In this document: piece after piece, positions 1 through 9,628 of the stretch
Layout of the letters: every line of letters begins with the position of its first letter
How positions within the stretch are numbered: the first letter of the stretch is position 1
IMG/VR virus record: IMGVR_UViG_3300030099_004644
Coordinates: 1-28,926 of that record
DNA from: a virus
Taxonomy: Duplodnaviria; Caudoviricetes
Length of the DNA: 28,926 bases
Reading direction: 5' to 3' (one strand)
The notes under the pieces: generated by a model
What the model was told of the DNA's origin: nothing
What the model saw: the letters and a program-made list of their open reading frames with translations, nothing else
The model's database searches: none
Position numbers and translations under genes: made by a program

Positions 1-111
1 GACCGAAAAGAGAAGCGAGAAGAGATTAGGCGCGCCAAAGATATGATCATCGAAGAAGAAGAGCCACTCGAAGAAGAAGAATATCAAATCCCTATCGAAG
101 ATCTGATTCAG
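1..111. repeat. Terminal direct repeat, left copy (circular overlap)
   Basis: 1-111 aligns without gaps to 28816-28926 with 6 mismatches (positions 8, 27, 29, 39, 63, 90). Confidence 0.95.
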
Positions 112-954
112 CAAAGGATCGATGCTACACAACGAAAGATCAGGAAGTTCGGAAAGACCCACTTTCGGACTGTTAAACTTCCAGCCGAGCCGATAGGGAT
201 TATTATCTTTGGTGATCCACATGTTGATTCTGAAGCGTGCGACTGGTATCTCTTACACCATCACGTCAAGCTATGCCAACAAACAGAAGGAGTCCTCGCG
301 GTTTCAGTTGGTGATCAGTTGGATTCGTGGATCGGTCGACTCGGAAAAGAATACTCCAAAGCTTCGATCCTTGCTTCGGACGGTTGGCGTTTGACTGAAT
401 GGCTTTTCAAGTCTTTGCAATGGTTGTGTATCATCGGCGGAAATCATGATCTTTGGAATGATGCGAATGGATTCTCACCGATTAAATATGTAACCGAACA
501 TTGTGGTGTTCGATTCTATGCACCGGATGAACTCAAGATAAATATCGAATGGCAAAAGCGGCCGGACCTCGAAGATATTAATCTTTATTTTCGTCACTTC
601 TTCAAAGGCAACTCCTTTTACCATAGTACGCATGCCGCAAATAAAGAATCAATATGGGATGGAAAAGCAAACCTTCTTGCAGCTGGTCATATTCATAATT
701 GGGGTTACTTGATGACTGAAATGCGACATGGTAGGATCTCACATGCGATATCGGTCAAAGGTTACAAAAGTGTTGATGGTTATGCAAAGTCGAAAGGTTT
801 CAACATACAAGAACATGGATCGGCTTGTTTTGCTGTTATCGATCCTTTTGCTGATGAGCCGGCGCGTATCAAAATCTTTTGGGATGTCGAAGATGGATGT
901 AACTATCTTTCGTATATAAGAAACAAACGAACTAAAAAAAAGGCTGAACAATGA
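1..954 (+). CDS. Calcineurin-like metallophosphoesterase, 3' part (gene probably starts at 28636 across the origin, about 377 aa)
   Basis: Ordered motifs GDPH (DxH), GDQLD (GDxxD), GNHD, RH and GHIH. Frame is open from base 1 and in frame with ATG 28636. Confidence 0.85.
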   Translation, partial: DRKEKREEIRRAKDMIIEEEEPLEEEEYQIPIEDLIQQRIDATQRKIRKFGKTHFRTVKLPAEPIGIIIFGDPHVDSEACDWYLLHHHVKLCQQTEGVLAVSVGDQLDSWIGRLGKEYSKASILASDGWRLTEWLFKSLQWLCIIGGNHDLWNDANGFSPIKYVTEHCGVRFYAPDELKINIEWQKRPDLEDINLYFRHFFKGNSFYHSTHAANKESIWDGKANLLAAGHIHNWGYLMTEMRHGRISHAISVKGYKSVDGYAKSKGFNIQEHGSACFAVIDPFADEPARIKIFWDVEDGCNYLSYIRNKRTKKKAEQ

Positions 955-1391
955 AAAAACCAACAAGTGGAAGACCGACCAAACTAACCGAAGAAACAGT
1001 CGCCAAGCTTTGCGAGTCCGCACGACTCGGAATGAAAGTTGATCATATGTGTCAGCGCGCCGGAATATCAACGCGTGCATATTACTCATGGAAAGCAAAA
1101 GCCAAACGAAAAGAACAACCATTTTATCAATTTATGCAGCGAGTAGAAAAAGCTCTCGCGGATGGAATCGCTCATAACTTAGCGATCATTCTTAAAAGTG
1201 CAAAAGATGGAAACTGGACTTCTTCGGCTTGGCTTCTGGAAAGGTGCTTCGGTTATAATAAAGTGATAGATCCCGTTGATGAAGATATAGCGATCGAGGT
1301 TGATGAGATATCAACAAAAGAACTCCTTGAAGAAGTAGCAAGATCAAACGAAGAACTAAAAAAGTTCTTTATGCCTGATATCAAAGAATGA
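951..1391 (+). CDS. terS: Terminase small subunit
   Basis: GRPTKLT start, HTH-like segment (CQRAGISTRAYYSW), W..AWLLER motif; directly upstream of TerL with ATGA overlap. Confidence 0.75.
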   Translation: MKKPTSGRPTKLTEETVAKLCESARLGMKVDHMCQRAGISTRAYYSWKAKAKRKEQPFYQFMQRVEKALADGIAHNLAIILKSAKDGNWTSSAWLLERCFGYNKVIDPVDEDIAIEVDEISTKELLEEVARSNEELKKFFMPDIKE

Positions 1392-2857
1392 ATCTTCGAG
1401 ATGTAATCGAGACAAGAAAACAATTGAGATGGTTACAGAACAACTATCCGCTTTCTATCTCGCGTCTATGGGTCCCTCATTGTGTCCGGTGGGATGGACT
1501 CGGCGAAAAGTCAGATCGTCTTTGTGGATGCATGAAGCCAATGAAACAGATCGGCCGTGGTTATTATGAGTGTTCCACGTGCAACATTAAAGAAGAAAGA
1601 ACAAGTCAACGAGAAGCGATCGCGAATCTCGGAACAACTTCGACCGCTCTTTTTGGCGGAAACAGATCAGGAAAGACACAAGCCGGTTCGATGTTGTGTG
1701 TAGCGGTTGCGGCCGGTCGCGGTGAGTGGTGGGTCCGTGAATGGTTGCGACTCAATGATCTTCCTGATTCGGTCGTACCAAATGAAAACCCTTCAACCGT
1801 GATCGCAAGTGCTCTTTCCTATGGTGATGCTATCGCGTACATCCGGCCAAAGTTAAAACAATATCTTCCAGCTGGAACGAAGTACACAAGATGGAACGCG
1901 CAAGATCGCGGAATGGCTATTCTTCCGAACGGCGGAAAGATCTATTCTATGAGTGCTGATAGTGGACGCGAAAAATATCAAGGCCAATCATGCGAGCTTG
2001 TTTGGTTGGATGAAGAGCACCCATACGAGATCTTCGAAGAGGCGCAAATGAGAACAATCGACTCCGGAATCTCAAACGGTGTTATTCTGACAATGACACC
2101 ACTGAAAGGTTTTACTTGGCCGGCGAATCTATTCCTCCAAGATCCGAAAGAAGGCTTTGTCGCTGCTAAGATATCAGGTCTCGACAATCCATATATTTCA
2201 TCAAAGAAGATGATGTCGACAATTGCACACATGAGCGACGAATCGAAAAGGTCACGTTTATTTGGTGACTTTACAAATCAGGCCGGACTCGTTTATCCTG
2301 AGTTTGACCGCAATGTGCATGTAATCGATTCGATAGATATATCAGACCGTGATCGATATGAGGTCTTTGTGTCTATTGACTTCGGTGTCGTTAATCCGTT
2401 CGCGGCTTTGCTGATCGCTACAGACGGCGAACGCTATTATGTTCTCGACGAATACTTCATGAAAGAGAAGACAACGATCCAAAATGGACATGCTATCCAA
2501 GCCAAGTTCCATCGATACAAGCCTTTTAACTTTGTGATTTGCGATCCAGAATCAAAAGATGCGAGATTGATCTTGAATCGACAATGTAATCTTTCGAATG
2601 TACCGGCTCCAAAATCTGGAAAGTATGGACTGATAGAATCCATCAACCTTGTTAAATCAAGTCTAACAATACAAGCGGATGGAAAACCGCTTCTTTTCGT
2701 CGCTAAAAAATGCAAAAACTTATTGATGGAATTCAGAAAATATCGGTGGGCAAAAACAACAAACGGAACCGACCGACCAAAAAAGTCAGACGATCACGGC
2801 ATGGACGCTTTGCGATATTTCTGCTCTTGGTATCACCGATACAAATCGCATTTTTAA
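1388..2857 (+). CDS. terL: Terminase large subunit
   Basis: Walker A GGNRSGKT, Walker B VWLDEE, motif III TMTP, nuclease motifs IDFG and DDHGMDALRY. Confidence 0.95.
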   Translation: MNLRDVIETRKQLRWLQNNYPLSISRLWVPHCVRWDGLGEKSDRLCGCMKPMKQIGRGYYECSTCNIKEERTSQREAIANLGTTSTALFGGNRSGKTQAGSMLCVAVAAGRGEWWVREWLRLNDLPDSVVPNENPSTVIASALSYGDAIAYIRPKLKQYLPAGTKYTRWNAQDRGMAILPNGGKIYSMSADSGREKYQGQSCELVWLDEEHPYEIFEEAQMRTIDSGISNGVILTMTPLKGFTWPANLFLQDPKEGFVAAKISGLDNPYISSKKMMSTIAHMSDESKRSRLFGDFTNQAGLVYPEFDRNVHVIDSIDISDRDRYEVFVSIDFGVVNPFAALLIATDGERYYVLDEYFMKEKTTIQNGHAIQAKFHRYKPFNFVICDPESKDARLILNRQCNLSNVPAPKSGKYGLIESINLVKSSLTIQADGKPLLFVAKKCKNLLMEFRKYRWAKTTNGTDRPKKSDDHGMDALRYFCSWYHRYKSHF

Positions 2858-2886
2858 TGCTATATATAAGATCGAGGATTATTATC

Positions 2887-3228
2887 ATGGAAGAATCAAT
2901 TTTCAAATACTTGTTAGACTATGGATCGCTTGGCATCACCGCCGGTCTTTTATTTTGGCTTTACTTACAGAACACAAAACAAATCGAGAAGATATCAAAA
3001 CAAGCGCGAGAAGATAGCCAGCTCTTAAGAGATCGATATGATGTTGTGATCGAGAAGTACGATAAAGAGAGAGTTCTATTCTTTGAAGAGCGGAACAAAA
3101 TACATTCTCAAATCGTCCAACAAATCGACCGGCTCGAAAAGACCGTCGAGAAACAAGATCTTATGATCAACGCGATCAAAGATAAACTTGATGCGCTTCT
3201 ACTTATCAGACAAAAAAAAGTACAATGA
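2887..3228 (+). CDS. Single-TM coiled-coil membrane protein, holin-like (BhlA/UviB type), 113 aa
   Basis: ATG 2887 downstream of GAGGA; N-terminal hydrophobic helix YLLDYGSLGITAGLLFWLYL followed by a charged coiled coil. Confidence 0.5.
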   Translation: MEESIFKYLLDYGSLGITAGLLFWLYLQNTKQIEKISKQAREDSQLLRDRYDVVIEKYDKERVLFFEERNKIHSQIVQQIDRLEKTVEKQDLMINAIKDKLDALLLIRQKKVQ

Positions 3229-3284
3229 AAGATATATGTGACTATTGCGGTTGTGATCCCTGTGATTGTGAAGACCAAAAATAA
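3225..3284 (+). CDS. 19-aa Cys-rich peptide MKDICDYCGCDPCDCEDQK
   Basis: ATGA overlap with the upstream stop (translational coupling); 5 Cys in CxxCxCxxCxC; lies just before the intergenic region and terminator. Confidence 0.55.
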   Translation: MKDICDYCGCDPCDCEDQK

Positions 3285-3384
3285 AAATATAATTTGAAAA
3301 TAAAATAAAATAAAACTATATAAATCAGGCCGAAACAAATTCGGAGTTTTTAACATTTATATGATTAACGTCGTTAGATGAAGA

Positions 3385-3424
3385 AAAGAGAAGGTACGCC
3401 GGCTTTGTCCGGCTTTCTCTTTTT
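3385..3424 (+). terminator. Intrinsic terminator
   Basis: GCCGG-ctttgt-CCGGC stem, extendable by AAAAGAGAAG/TTTCTCTTTT, followed by a T-rich tail. Confidence 0.6.
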
Positions 3425-3485
3425 GTGTTGAATACAAGATCGCCTTTTTTATGTTATCATCATTGTGATAAATGGAGATCTCAAC

Positions 3486-4820
3486 ATGTCTATATTTGAT
3501 TCATTCTTTGGATTGTTTCGCACTCGATCAGCTGCCAAGCTTGAAAGTAAGCCAACAAAAGAAAATCATGGCTCTTCTTGGAACTCACCAAATGGAGTCC
3601 GAAATCCTTTCAATGCTCTAACTGCTTTGGAAGCATATGGAAATCACGGATATCTTTATGCGGCTATTACTCGATCTTGTGAAGACCTTGCGGCTCTTCC
3701 TCTTAAAGTCATAAAGGGAAAAGGAAAAGATGCGGTTGAGATTACTGATCATCCATTGACCGCACTACTCGATCAGCCTTCTATTTCTGTTGATGGTTAT
3801 TTATTCCGTAATCAAATTATACTCGATCTTATCTTATCCGGTTCATGTTATTGTCTCATGTTGGGAGTCAACGAGAAGAAGCCTGATTCGGTTGTTCGAT
3901 TACATCCGGATGAGGTTCGAATCGTTACAAATGAATTAGGGATCGTTGGTTATGAGCATACATCAAACGGACAATCCGTATTGTATCCACCCGAAAGAAT
4001 ACTAACCGCACGAAATGCAAGTTATGAGAAAGGACCAAAGTCACTCTTTGGAACTGGAGCGATCGAGAGTCTACGCCGAGAACTCAACGCCGATCTAAAT
4101 ACGCAAAATCTAACAAGCCAAGCAAGCGCGCAAGGTCATCCGGATATTTTGATCTCACCAAAAGACGGAGACATTTGGCCGGCCGAAACCAGAAGACAAA
4201 TATCCGATAACTATTCGAAGCTTGCAAAGTCCGGAGGGGTCATGGTCCTATCTGGTGAAGCCGATGTAACACCTTTGAACGTCTCGCCGAAAGATATGGA
4301 GTTTGAGACAGTCAGAACAATGACCATGCAAATCATCAGTGCGGTGATCGGTACTCCGCCGAGTGTTCTCGGTTTGCCTTCTGCTAACTATGCAACTTCG
4401 AGATCTCAAAGTATCAACTATTGGGAACTACAGAAGAAGCGCGCCAAGCGAATCGAGATCATGCTTACAAAGTTAGCGCGATTGTTTGATCTTGATCTTT
4501 CTGTTCAACATGACTTTTCAAGCGTTGAACCGCTGCAGAGTGTAAGAGATGCACAGCTGGCACGAATACAGCTTCATATCATGAATGGGATGCGAGCCGA
4601 AGATGCGTATGCTTTTGAAGGTTTACATGATGCACCGATCGGAAAGATGGCCAACAAAGAAGAGCCTTCTCTATTGGATGAAAAATCACAAAAGACCGTT
4701 CTCCGACTCTTTGAGAATACTAAAAAAAAAACTTTGATAACTCACCAACTGAAAGAAGATTCTTCTGGAATCAATACTTTGAAAGAAGATACAAACCAGT
4801 CGAGAAAAAAATCAGGTTGA
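3486..4820 (+). CDS. HK97-family portal protein
   Basis: ATG 3486 with GGAGA; A.LPLKV, LLDQP, DLILSGSCY, LHPDEV, KDMEF, GTPPSVLG..ANYA motifs; position after terL. Confidence 0.93.
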   Translation: MSIFDSFFGLFRTRSAAKLESKPTKENHGSSWNSPNGVRNPFNALTALEAYGNHGYLYAAITRSCEDLAALPLKVIKGKGKDAVEITDHPLTALLDQPSISVDGYLFRNQIILDLILSGSCYCLMLGVNEKKPDSVVRLHPDEVRIVTNELGIVGYEHTSNGQSVLYPPERILTARNASYEKGPKSLFGTGAIESLRRELNADLNTQNLTSQASAQGHPDILISPKDGDIWPAETRRQISDNYSKLAKSGGVMVLSGEADVTPLNVSPKDMEFETVRTMTMQIISAVIGTPPSVLGLPSANYATSRSQSINYWELQKKRAKRIEIMLTKLARLFDLDLSVQHDFSSVEPLQSVRDAQLARIQLHIMNGMRAEDAYAFEGLHDAPIGKMANKEEPSLLDEKSQKTVLRLFENTKKKTLITHQLKEDSSGINTLKEDTNQSRKKSG

Positions 4821-5536
4821 TATTTTCTCGATATTTGGCCGGAGCAAAAAAGCGATATCTTGAAAGAGCCGAAGAATATATTCAAGAGACACAAAGAAGA
4901 AGTATATCGAAACAGTTTGATATAAACATAATCGACTGGTCATCTTTGAGAGGTCAAGATATTGAGGTCCGCAAAATCCGAGAGCTTGCAAAGTCTATCT
5001 ATAGAGAACAGTATAACCAGATCGGCCAAGAAGAGATCAACAAGGTTATGCAAGAAGCCGATCTCGACTCGATTCAATTCAAGTCAGGCGATGCTCTCGA
5101 AAGACATCTTGAGAAGATCAGCCGCGAGATAACAAAGACAACCATCGACAAGATCGAGAAGGCTGTCAAGAAGGGAGAAGAAGAAGGAGCATCAAAAGAC
5201 GAGATACTTGATTCGATCCGTGACTCTGTAGCATTTGACGAGTCACGCGCGCAAACCATCGCGAGAACAGAATCAACAAAAGTAATCAACAGCGCAATCA
5301 ATGAAGCCTATAAGCAAGCCGGCGACAATGGAGTCAAGTTAGAGAAAGTTTGGATAACTGAAAATGATGATGCTGTGAGAGAAACACATATAGAACTCGA
5401 CGGTGTAACGATTCCAGTGAATGAAGACTTTGTGTCATCATCTGGAGCGACAACTCAATCACCGGCTTCTTTTGGTGTAGCCGCTGAGGATATCAATTGT
5501 CGATGTACTATGCAGGCTATGGTCGTGAAAGAATAA
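4724..5536 (+). CDS. MuF / SPP1 gp7-like head morphogenesis domain, probably expressed as a frameshift fusion to portal
   Basis: RAQTIARTE, WITENDDAVRETH..LDG and INCRC motifs. Frame is open from 4724; only a weak TTG start at 4817. Confidence 0.85.
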   Translation, partial: KKNFDNSPTERRFFWNQYFERRYKPVEKKIRLIFSRYLAGAKKRYLERAEEYIQETQRRSISKQFDINIIDWSSLRGQDIEVRKIRELAKSIYREQYNQIGQEEINKVMQEADLDSIQFKSGDALERHLEKISREITKTTIDKIEKAVKKGEEEGASKDEILDSIRDSVAFDESRAQTIARTESTKVINSAINEAYKQAGDNGVKLEKVWITENDDAVRETHIELDGVTIPVNEDFVSSSGATTQSPASFGVAAEDINCRCTMQAMVVKE

Positions 5537-5561
5537 AAAATAATACTGAAAAAAATCAACT

Positions 5562-5590
5562 TTGCAAAAGTAAAAAAAAACAGGTATACT
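5562..5590 (+). promoter_or_regulatory. Sigma70-type promoter for the protease/capsid operon
   Basis: TTGCAA-17 bp-TATACT, A-rich upstream, 17 bp before ATG 5608. Confidence 0.7.
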
Positions 5591-5607
5591 CTCAACGGGT
5601 GAATAAT

Positions 5608-7098
5608 ATGATAATCAAAAAACTATTTGTTGAACGAATCGCTCCAGAAGAAGAGCCAGAAGACGCGCCTTTGATGGCTTCTTTTATTGCTTCCACTTCA
5701 GCCGAAGATCGTTATGGAGACGTCATAGCGCAATCATGGGATTTGACTAACTATCGAAAGAATCCAATTATATTATTTAATCATGACGCTAACCAACTAC
5801 CGATCGGAAAAGGCGATGTCGATGTAGTAGATGGAAACTTGATGATCGATATCACTTTTGATATGGACGATCCAAGAGCCGCCGAGATAGGCCGCAAAGT
5901 TAAAGCCGGTTTTCTGAATGCTGTGTCTGTTGGTTTTAATCCAATTGAGGCCGTCGAAAGATCAGAACTTCCAGATGGTCATTTTGCTAAAGGTGAGAAG
6001 GGGACATTCTTTAAGAGTGCCGAGCTTCTCGAAGTTTCAGTCGTGACGATTCCAGCAAATCAAGAAGCTGTATCATCCAAAGAATATCGAAACATTGAAA
6101 ACGTCGAGTCGATGACTTTATCGAAAGATCAGGCTATGGAGTTATACAAGTATATAGAACAACTTCGTGGAAGTGTTAAGGCACATGCGAGACAAGCCGA
6201 TTTCATCGAAAGCCTTTTTTCAATGGATGACAAATACTATGGTGATGATGAGGACTCGGAGTCAGAAGAAGACAAGCCAAAGACCAAAGATGTAAACTAT
6301 GGTCTAAAGTCAAACGCTAAAGAAGCGATGGAAGCACTCAAAGAGTCAACACAGAAAGCACTTATCAACAAAGCTGAACAGCACAATGAAGAATATGGAG
6401 ACAATCCAGAGAAGAAACTAACGAATAGAAATTATTTAGCTGTTTCCTATCATCGAGGTTTGGCCGCATTTTTTGGAAATCCTTCTTCCGTTCGTCCTTC
6501 TGTTTCAAGTGCTGATCAGTGGGCTATGGCCCGAGTCAATGGTTTACTCTTTGCGATGAGGACCGGAAAGTTCAAAAGCAAACCCTACGATGTTGATCTA
6601 TTACCGAAAGATCATCCACTATCGAACGCCGAAGAAGAGAAGCAAATCACGAAAGAGATATCTAACTTTCCGAAAGCCGGAGAAGATAAAAAGGTATCTT
6701 TGCGGAACTCACAATATCCGATCTTTCCTGTTGATTATGCCGAGAAGATAAAACTTGAATATCCGTCGATATGGAGCAAGGGGGGAAACATCTTAGGAAA
6801 TCAACAGTTTAGACTTTTGAAAAAGATACAGGAAAACAGCGGAGTACCGGAAACAGACAACCAAGAAGAAGCGATTCGACTTCGTGAAGCTTGGGCGGCT
6901 CGACATCTTCAAGATTTTCGAACAGCTGGAACAGTTGCACAAATGAAATGGCTTGTCATCGGTGAAAAAGGTCTTCAACATATGAAAGACACAATCAACG
7001 CCGAGATCGACAAACTTAAAAAGCTTGGCTCTTCGCCAAAAGATCAAGAAGCAAAATCTTTTGCTTTTTTGTACGATCTATTAAAACAAACAGACTAA
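5608..7098 (+). CDS. HK97-type prohead protease with a long C-terminal extension
   Basis: DRYGDVI, NPIILFNHD, AVSVGF and ELLEVSVVTIPAN motifs; start taken as ATG 5608, downstream of the promoter. Confidence 0.9.
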   Translation: MIIKKLFVERIAPEEEPEDAPLMASFIASTSAEDRYGDVIAQSWDLTNYRKNPIILFNHDANQLPIGKGDVDVVDGNLMIDITFDMDDPRAAEIGRKVKAGFLNAVSVGFNPIEAVERSELPDGHFAKGEKGTFFKSAELLEVSVVTIPANQEAVSSKEYRNIENVESMTLSKDQAMELYKYIEQLRGSVKAHARQADFIESLFSMDDKYYGDDEDSESEEDKPKTKDVNYGLKSNAKEAMEALKESTQKALINKAEQHNEEYGDNPEKKLTNRNYLAVSYHRGLAAFFGNPSSVRPSVSSADQWAMARVNGLLFAMRTGKFKSKPYDVDLLPKDHPLSNAEEEKQITKEISNFPKAGEDKKVSLRNSQYPIFPVDYAEKIKLEYPSIWSKGGNILGNQQFRLLKKIQENSGVPETDNQEEAIRLREAWAARHLQDFRTAGTVAQMKWLVIGEKGLQHMKDTINAEIDKLKKLGSSPKDQEAKSFAFLYDLLKQTD

Positions 7099-7114
7099 AA
7101 AGGGAGTTCTTATA

Positions 7115-8596
7115 ATGTCTGATTATAATGTAAATGAAAACATGGTCGCGGAAGCCAAAGGTATACTTGAAGGAATCCGAAGCCATCAAAAAAATGCAGA
7201 AGATAAACTAACTAACCTTGATCGCCAAGTTGAAGATCTGAAACTTGCACAACGCAAACTTTCAGAAGCTTACACCAAAGCGGCTCCAGAATACACCGGC
7301 GAAGAAAGCAAGCTTTCCCGCTACATCAAAAAAGATGGAAATCTTCGAACTCGTGTTGAGCGTTCTCAAATCTCGATCAATGGTCAAGGTGTTATTGATG
7401 CTGAACTAAAAGGTCTTCTCGATGATAGCCCGATTTGTGAGTGGCAAGGTGATCTACAAAAGATCGTTCGTCAACGTAACTTTGCGCGAATGTTGATGGC
7501 CAATCCTCACACGCCGAAGATGGATGTCAAGCTTCACAAACATTTAGAGCTTGCTCCAAAATCAATAAAGCCACAAATCGAACGTGTATATGCTGGAGGA
7601 GCCGGTTCCGGTGCTGAATGGACTCAAGCACGATTTGTCGAAGAGCTTGCTCAAGATTATAAAACACCTCGATCACTCCGTGCACTTCTTGAAGAAGTAC
7701 CGGTCGATCGTGGTTCTTTGTTGATTCCTCGATTGAGCAAAGGTGGACAGCCATATGTTCAAACTACGATCAGCGATGACAATCCATATGCAGCCGCTAA
7801 CCAGTACAAAGCATCAACCGTAACAACAGCACAAAAGACGATCAACATGCAAGGTATGACCGTTCGATATTTAATCGATCAAGCTGTTATGGAAGATTCC
7901 GCTTTGGCCTTAACTCAAATCTTGAGTCGTGATCTTGTTGATACTATCGAAAGCGGTTTCGAGGATGCAATGATCAACGGTCAGACCAGCGGCGCTTTTG
8001 ATTCTGATTTTGCAAACTGGAATCCTCGATCTCGTTGGACTGTTACAGGAAATCCAAACGACCACAGAAAAGCATTTGATGGTTTTCGTCAATTAGCGGC
8101 TAACAAGTCAACTCGAAACATGGCCGGCGATCCTGCAGATATGGCTTTCAGTGATATCATTACCGCGATCTCTTCAATGGGCGAATATGGCGCGAGCCAA
8201 GATAAGGTTCTCGTTGTATCTCCAGAAGCATTGATCAAGCACTTCTTGGATCTTAGCGAACTTGTAACCATAGATAAGTTTGGCGATAAAGCTACTGTAC
8301 TGACTGGAACACAACTTGGATCAATCATGGATATGCCTGTTATCATGTCTCGATTTATGACCGCGGACCTTGATGCAAGCGGTAATTATACAAGTACACC
8401 TTCAACCATGACCGGATTTGTGATCTTTGACCGATCAAGTTTCCAACAATATGTTCGTCGTGGTCTACAGGTTGAGACACAACGAGACATAACGACCGGT
8501 GCGATGTCTTTGGTTGCTTCTTTCCGTGGTGTCATGGCTTCCAGTGATTCAGCACTTGCGAAAAACTGCGCGTTTATTACAAACTTAAATAGTTAA
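7115..8596 (+). CDS. Major capsid protein (HK97 fold, N-terminal coiled-coil delta domain)
   Basis: Follows the protease; GGGAG SD; N-terminal coiled coil; EDAMING, DGFRQLA, G.IMDMPVIMS motifs. Confidence 0.88.
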   Translation: MSDYNVNENMVAEAKGILEGIRSHQKNAEDKLTNLDRQVEDLKLAQRKLSEAYTKAAPEYTGEESKLSRYIKKDGNLRTRVERSQISINGQGVIDAELKGLLDDSPICEWQGDLQKIVRQRNFARMLMANPHTPKMDVKLHKHLELAPKSIKPQIERVYAGGAGSGAEWTQARFVEELAQDYKTPRSLRALLEEVPVDRGSLLIPRLSKGGQPYVQTTISDDNPYAAANQYKASTVTTAQKTINMQGMTVRYLIDQAVMEDSALALTQILSRDLVDTIESGFEDAMINGQTSGAFDSDFANWNPRSRWTVTGNPNDHRKAFDGFRQLAANKSTRNMAGDPADMAFSDIITAISSMGEYGASQDKVLVVSPEALIKHFLDLSELVTIDKFGDKATVLTGTQLGSIMDMPVIMSRFMTADLDASGNYTSTPSTMTGFVIFDRSSFQQYVRRGLQVETQRDITTGAMSLVASFRGVMASSDSALAKNCAFITNLNS

Positions 8597-8602
8597 TCAA
8601 TC

Positions 8603-9220
8603 ATGTCTATTGTAAGTGTATCAACAATCAAAGAGTATCTTCCAGAACTCGCCGGTTCAACTGGAGCGGATACCGATTTGACATCATTGCGGGATCGAGT
8701 AGAAACCGCGGTCGCTCGTTATCTCGGTTTTCCGGCTCCGGATGGATCGTTGAATCCTGTTCTTGATGTCTCGACTTATACGGTCTTTGTTGATTCACCT
8801 ACAATGTATGATTCTTTTACTTTACAATTACCGATAGCACCGATCGCGACTATTACTTCCGTACATGCGGACATCAATCGCAAATACGAAAGTGATAGTC
8901 TGATCGATGCTTCGGTCTATTCTTTTAATGCTCAACTTGGAAGGATCTACATAGATCCGAATCAGGCCACTACACAATTCCAAACCGGCTATCGTACTAA
9001 CAAAGTAATTGTTACAGCTGGCTACACTTCTGTAACTTTACCGGATGATCTGGAACATGCAATTTGTGTTTGGTGTTCTCAACTACACCGAAACAAAGCC
9101 AACCAAGGAAAAGAACAAATCAGTCAAGCGAACTCCACGGTTAGAATATCGGTCAAAACGATTCCGGACGAGGTCAAAGAACTATTGAACCCGATCAGAC
9201 TTCCGCGAGTTGTGTTATGA
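8603..9220 (+). CDS. Head-tail connector (HK97 gp6-like)
   Basis: VSVSTIKEYL start, LQLP.API..ITSV, TAGY...LPDDLEHA, IPDEVKELL.P.R; synteny. Confidence 0.8.
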   Translation: MSIVSVSTIKEYLPELAGSTGADTDLTSLRDRVETAVARYLGFPAPDGSLNPVLDVSTYTVFVDSPTMYDSFTLQLPIAPIATITSVHADINRKYESDSLIDASVYSFNAQLGRIYIDPNQATTQFQTGYRTNKVIVTAGYTSVTLPDDLEHAICVWCSQLHRNKANQGKEQISQANSTVRISVKTIPDEVKELLNPIRLPRVVL

Positions 9221-9627
9221 GTCGAGTATATAGATTTGATCAGTTTGTTGATTTGATGAACAGAAAACACCTCAACACAAGAAAGACCTTTGAACGTTTA
9301 GCGGTAAGAGTAAGAAGGCAGCTTTCATATGAGGCAAAGAAGAACGCGACCACATATCCACGAAGAAGAACCGGCGAACTTTACAAGTCGATCAAGGCAA
9401 CAGTCAAACCGACACAAGACGAATTCTTGATCTCTCTTACGGCTGGAAATGAAACCGCTTTCTATGCGCGATTTATTGAACTTGGAACCAGCGGTAAAGG
9501 ATCGATGGCTCCGAGATATTATCTTCGTCGAGCTTTTGAAAAGGTGAATTCATTTGTTCCGAACGATTTAAAACAATATCTCGGTTTATATTTGCGAGAT
9601 CCTGATTTCTACGGTCAACGAGAATAA
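9217..9627 (+). CDS. HK97 gp10-like neck/tail component
   Basis: TGELYKSI, YARFIELGT and MAPRYYLRRAF motifs. Confidence 0.82.
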   Translation: MSRVYRFDQFVDLMNRKHLNTRKTFERLAVRVRRQLSYEAKKNATTYPRRRTGELYKSIKATVKPTQDEFLISLTAGNETAFYARFIELGTSGKGSMAPRYYLRRAFEKVNSFVPNDLKQYLGLYLRDPDFYGQRE

Positions 9628-9628
9628 C

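Noticed and set aside
852-880. CTGATGAG as a second hammerhead core
   Set aside because: Inside a coding region, with no stem II-GAAA or flanking stems.
2710-2886. Longest-ORF N-terminal extensions (also 3465, 5497, 17458, 19208, 21063, 26218, 26927)
   Set aside because: They overlap upstream genes, promoters or leaders; downstream ATGs have better SD, leader or coupling support.
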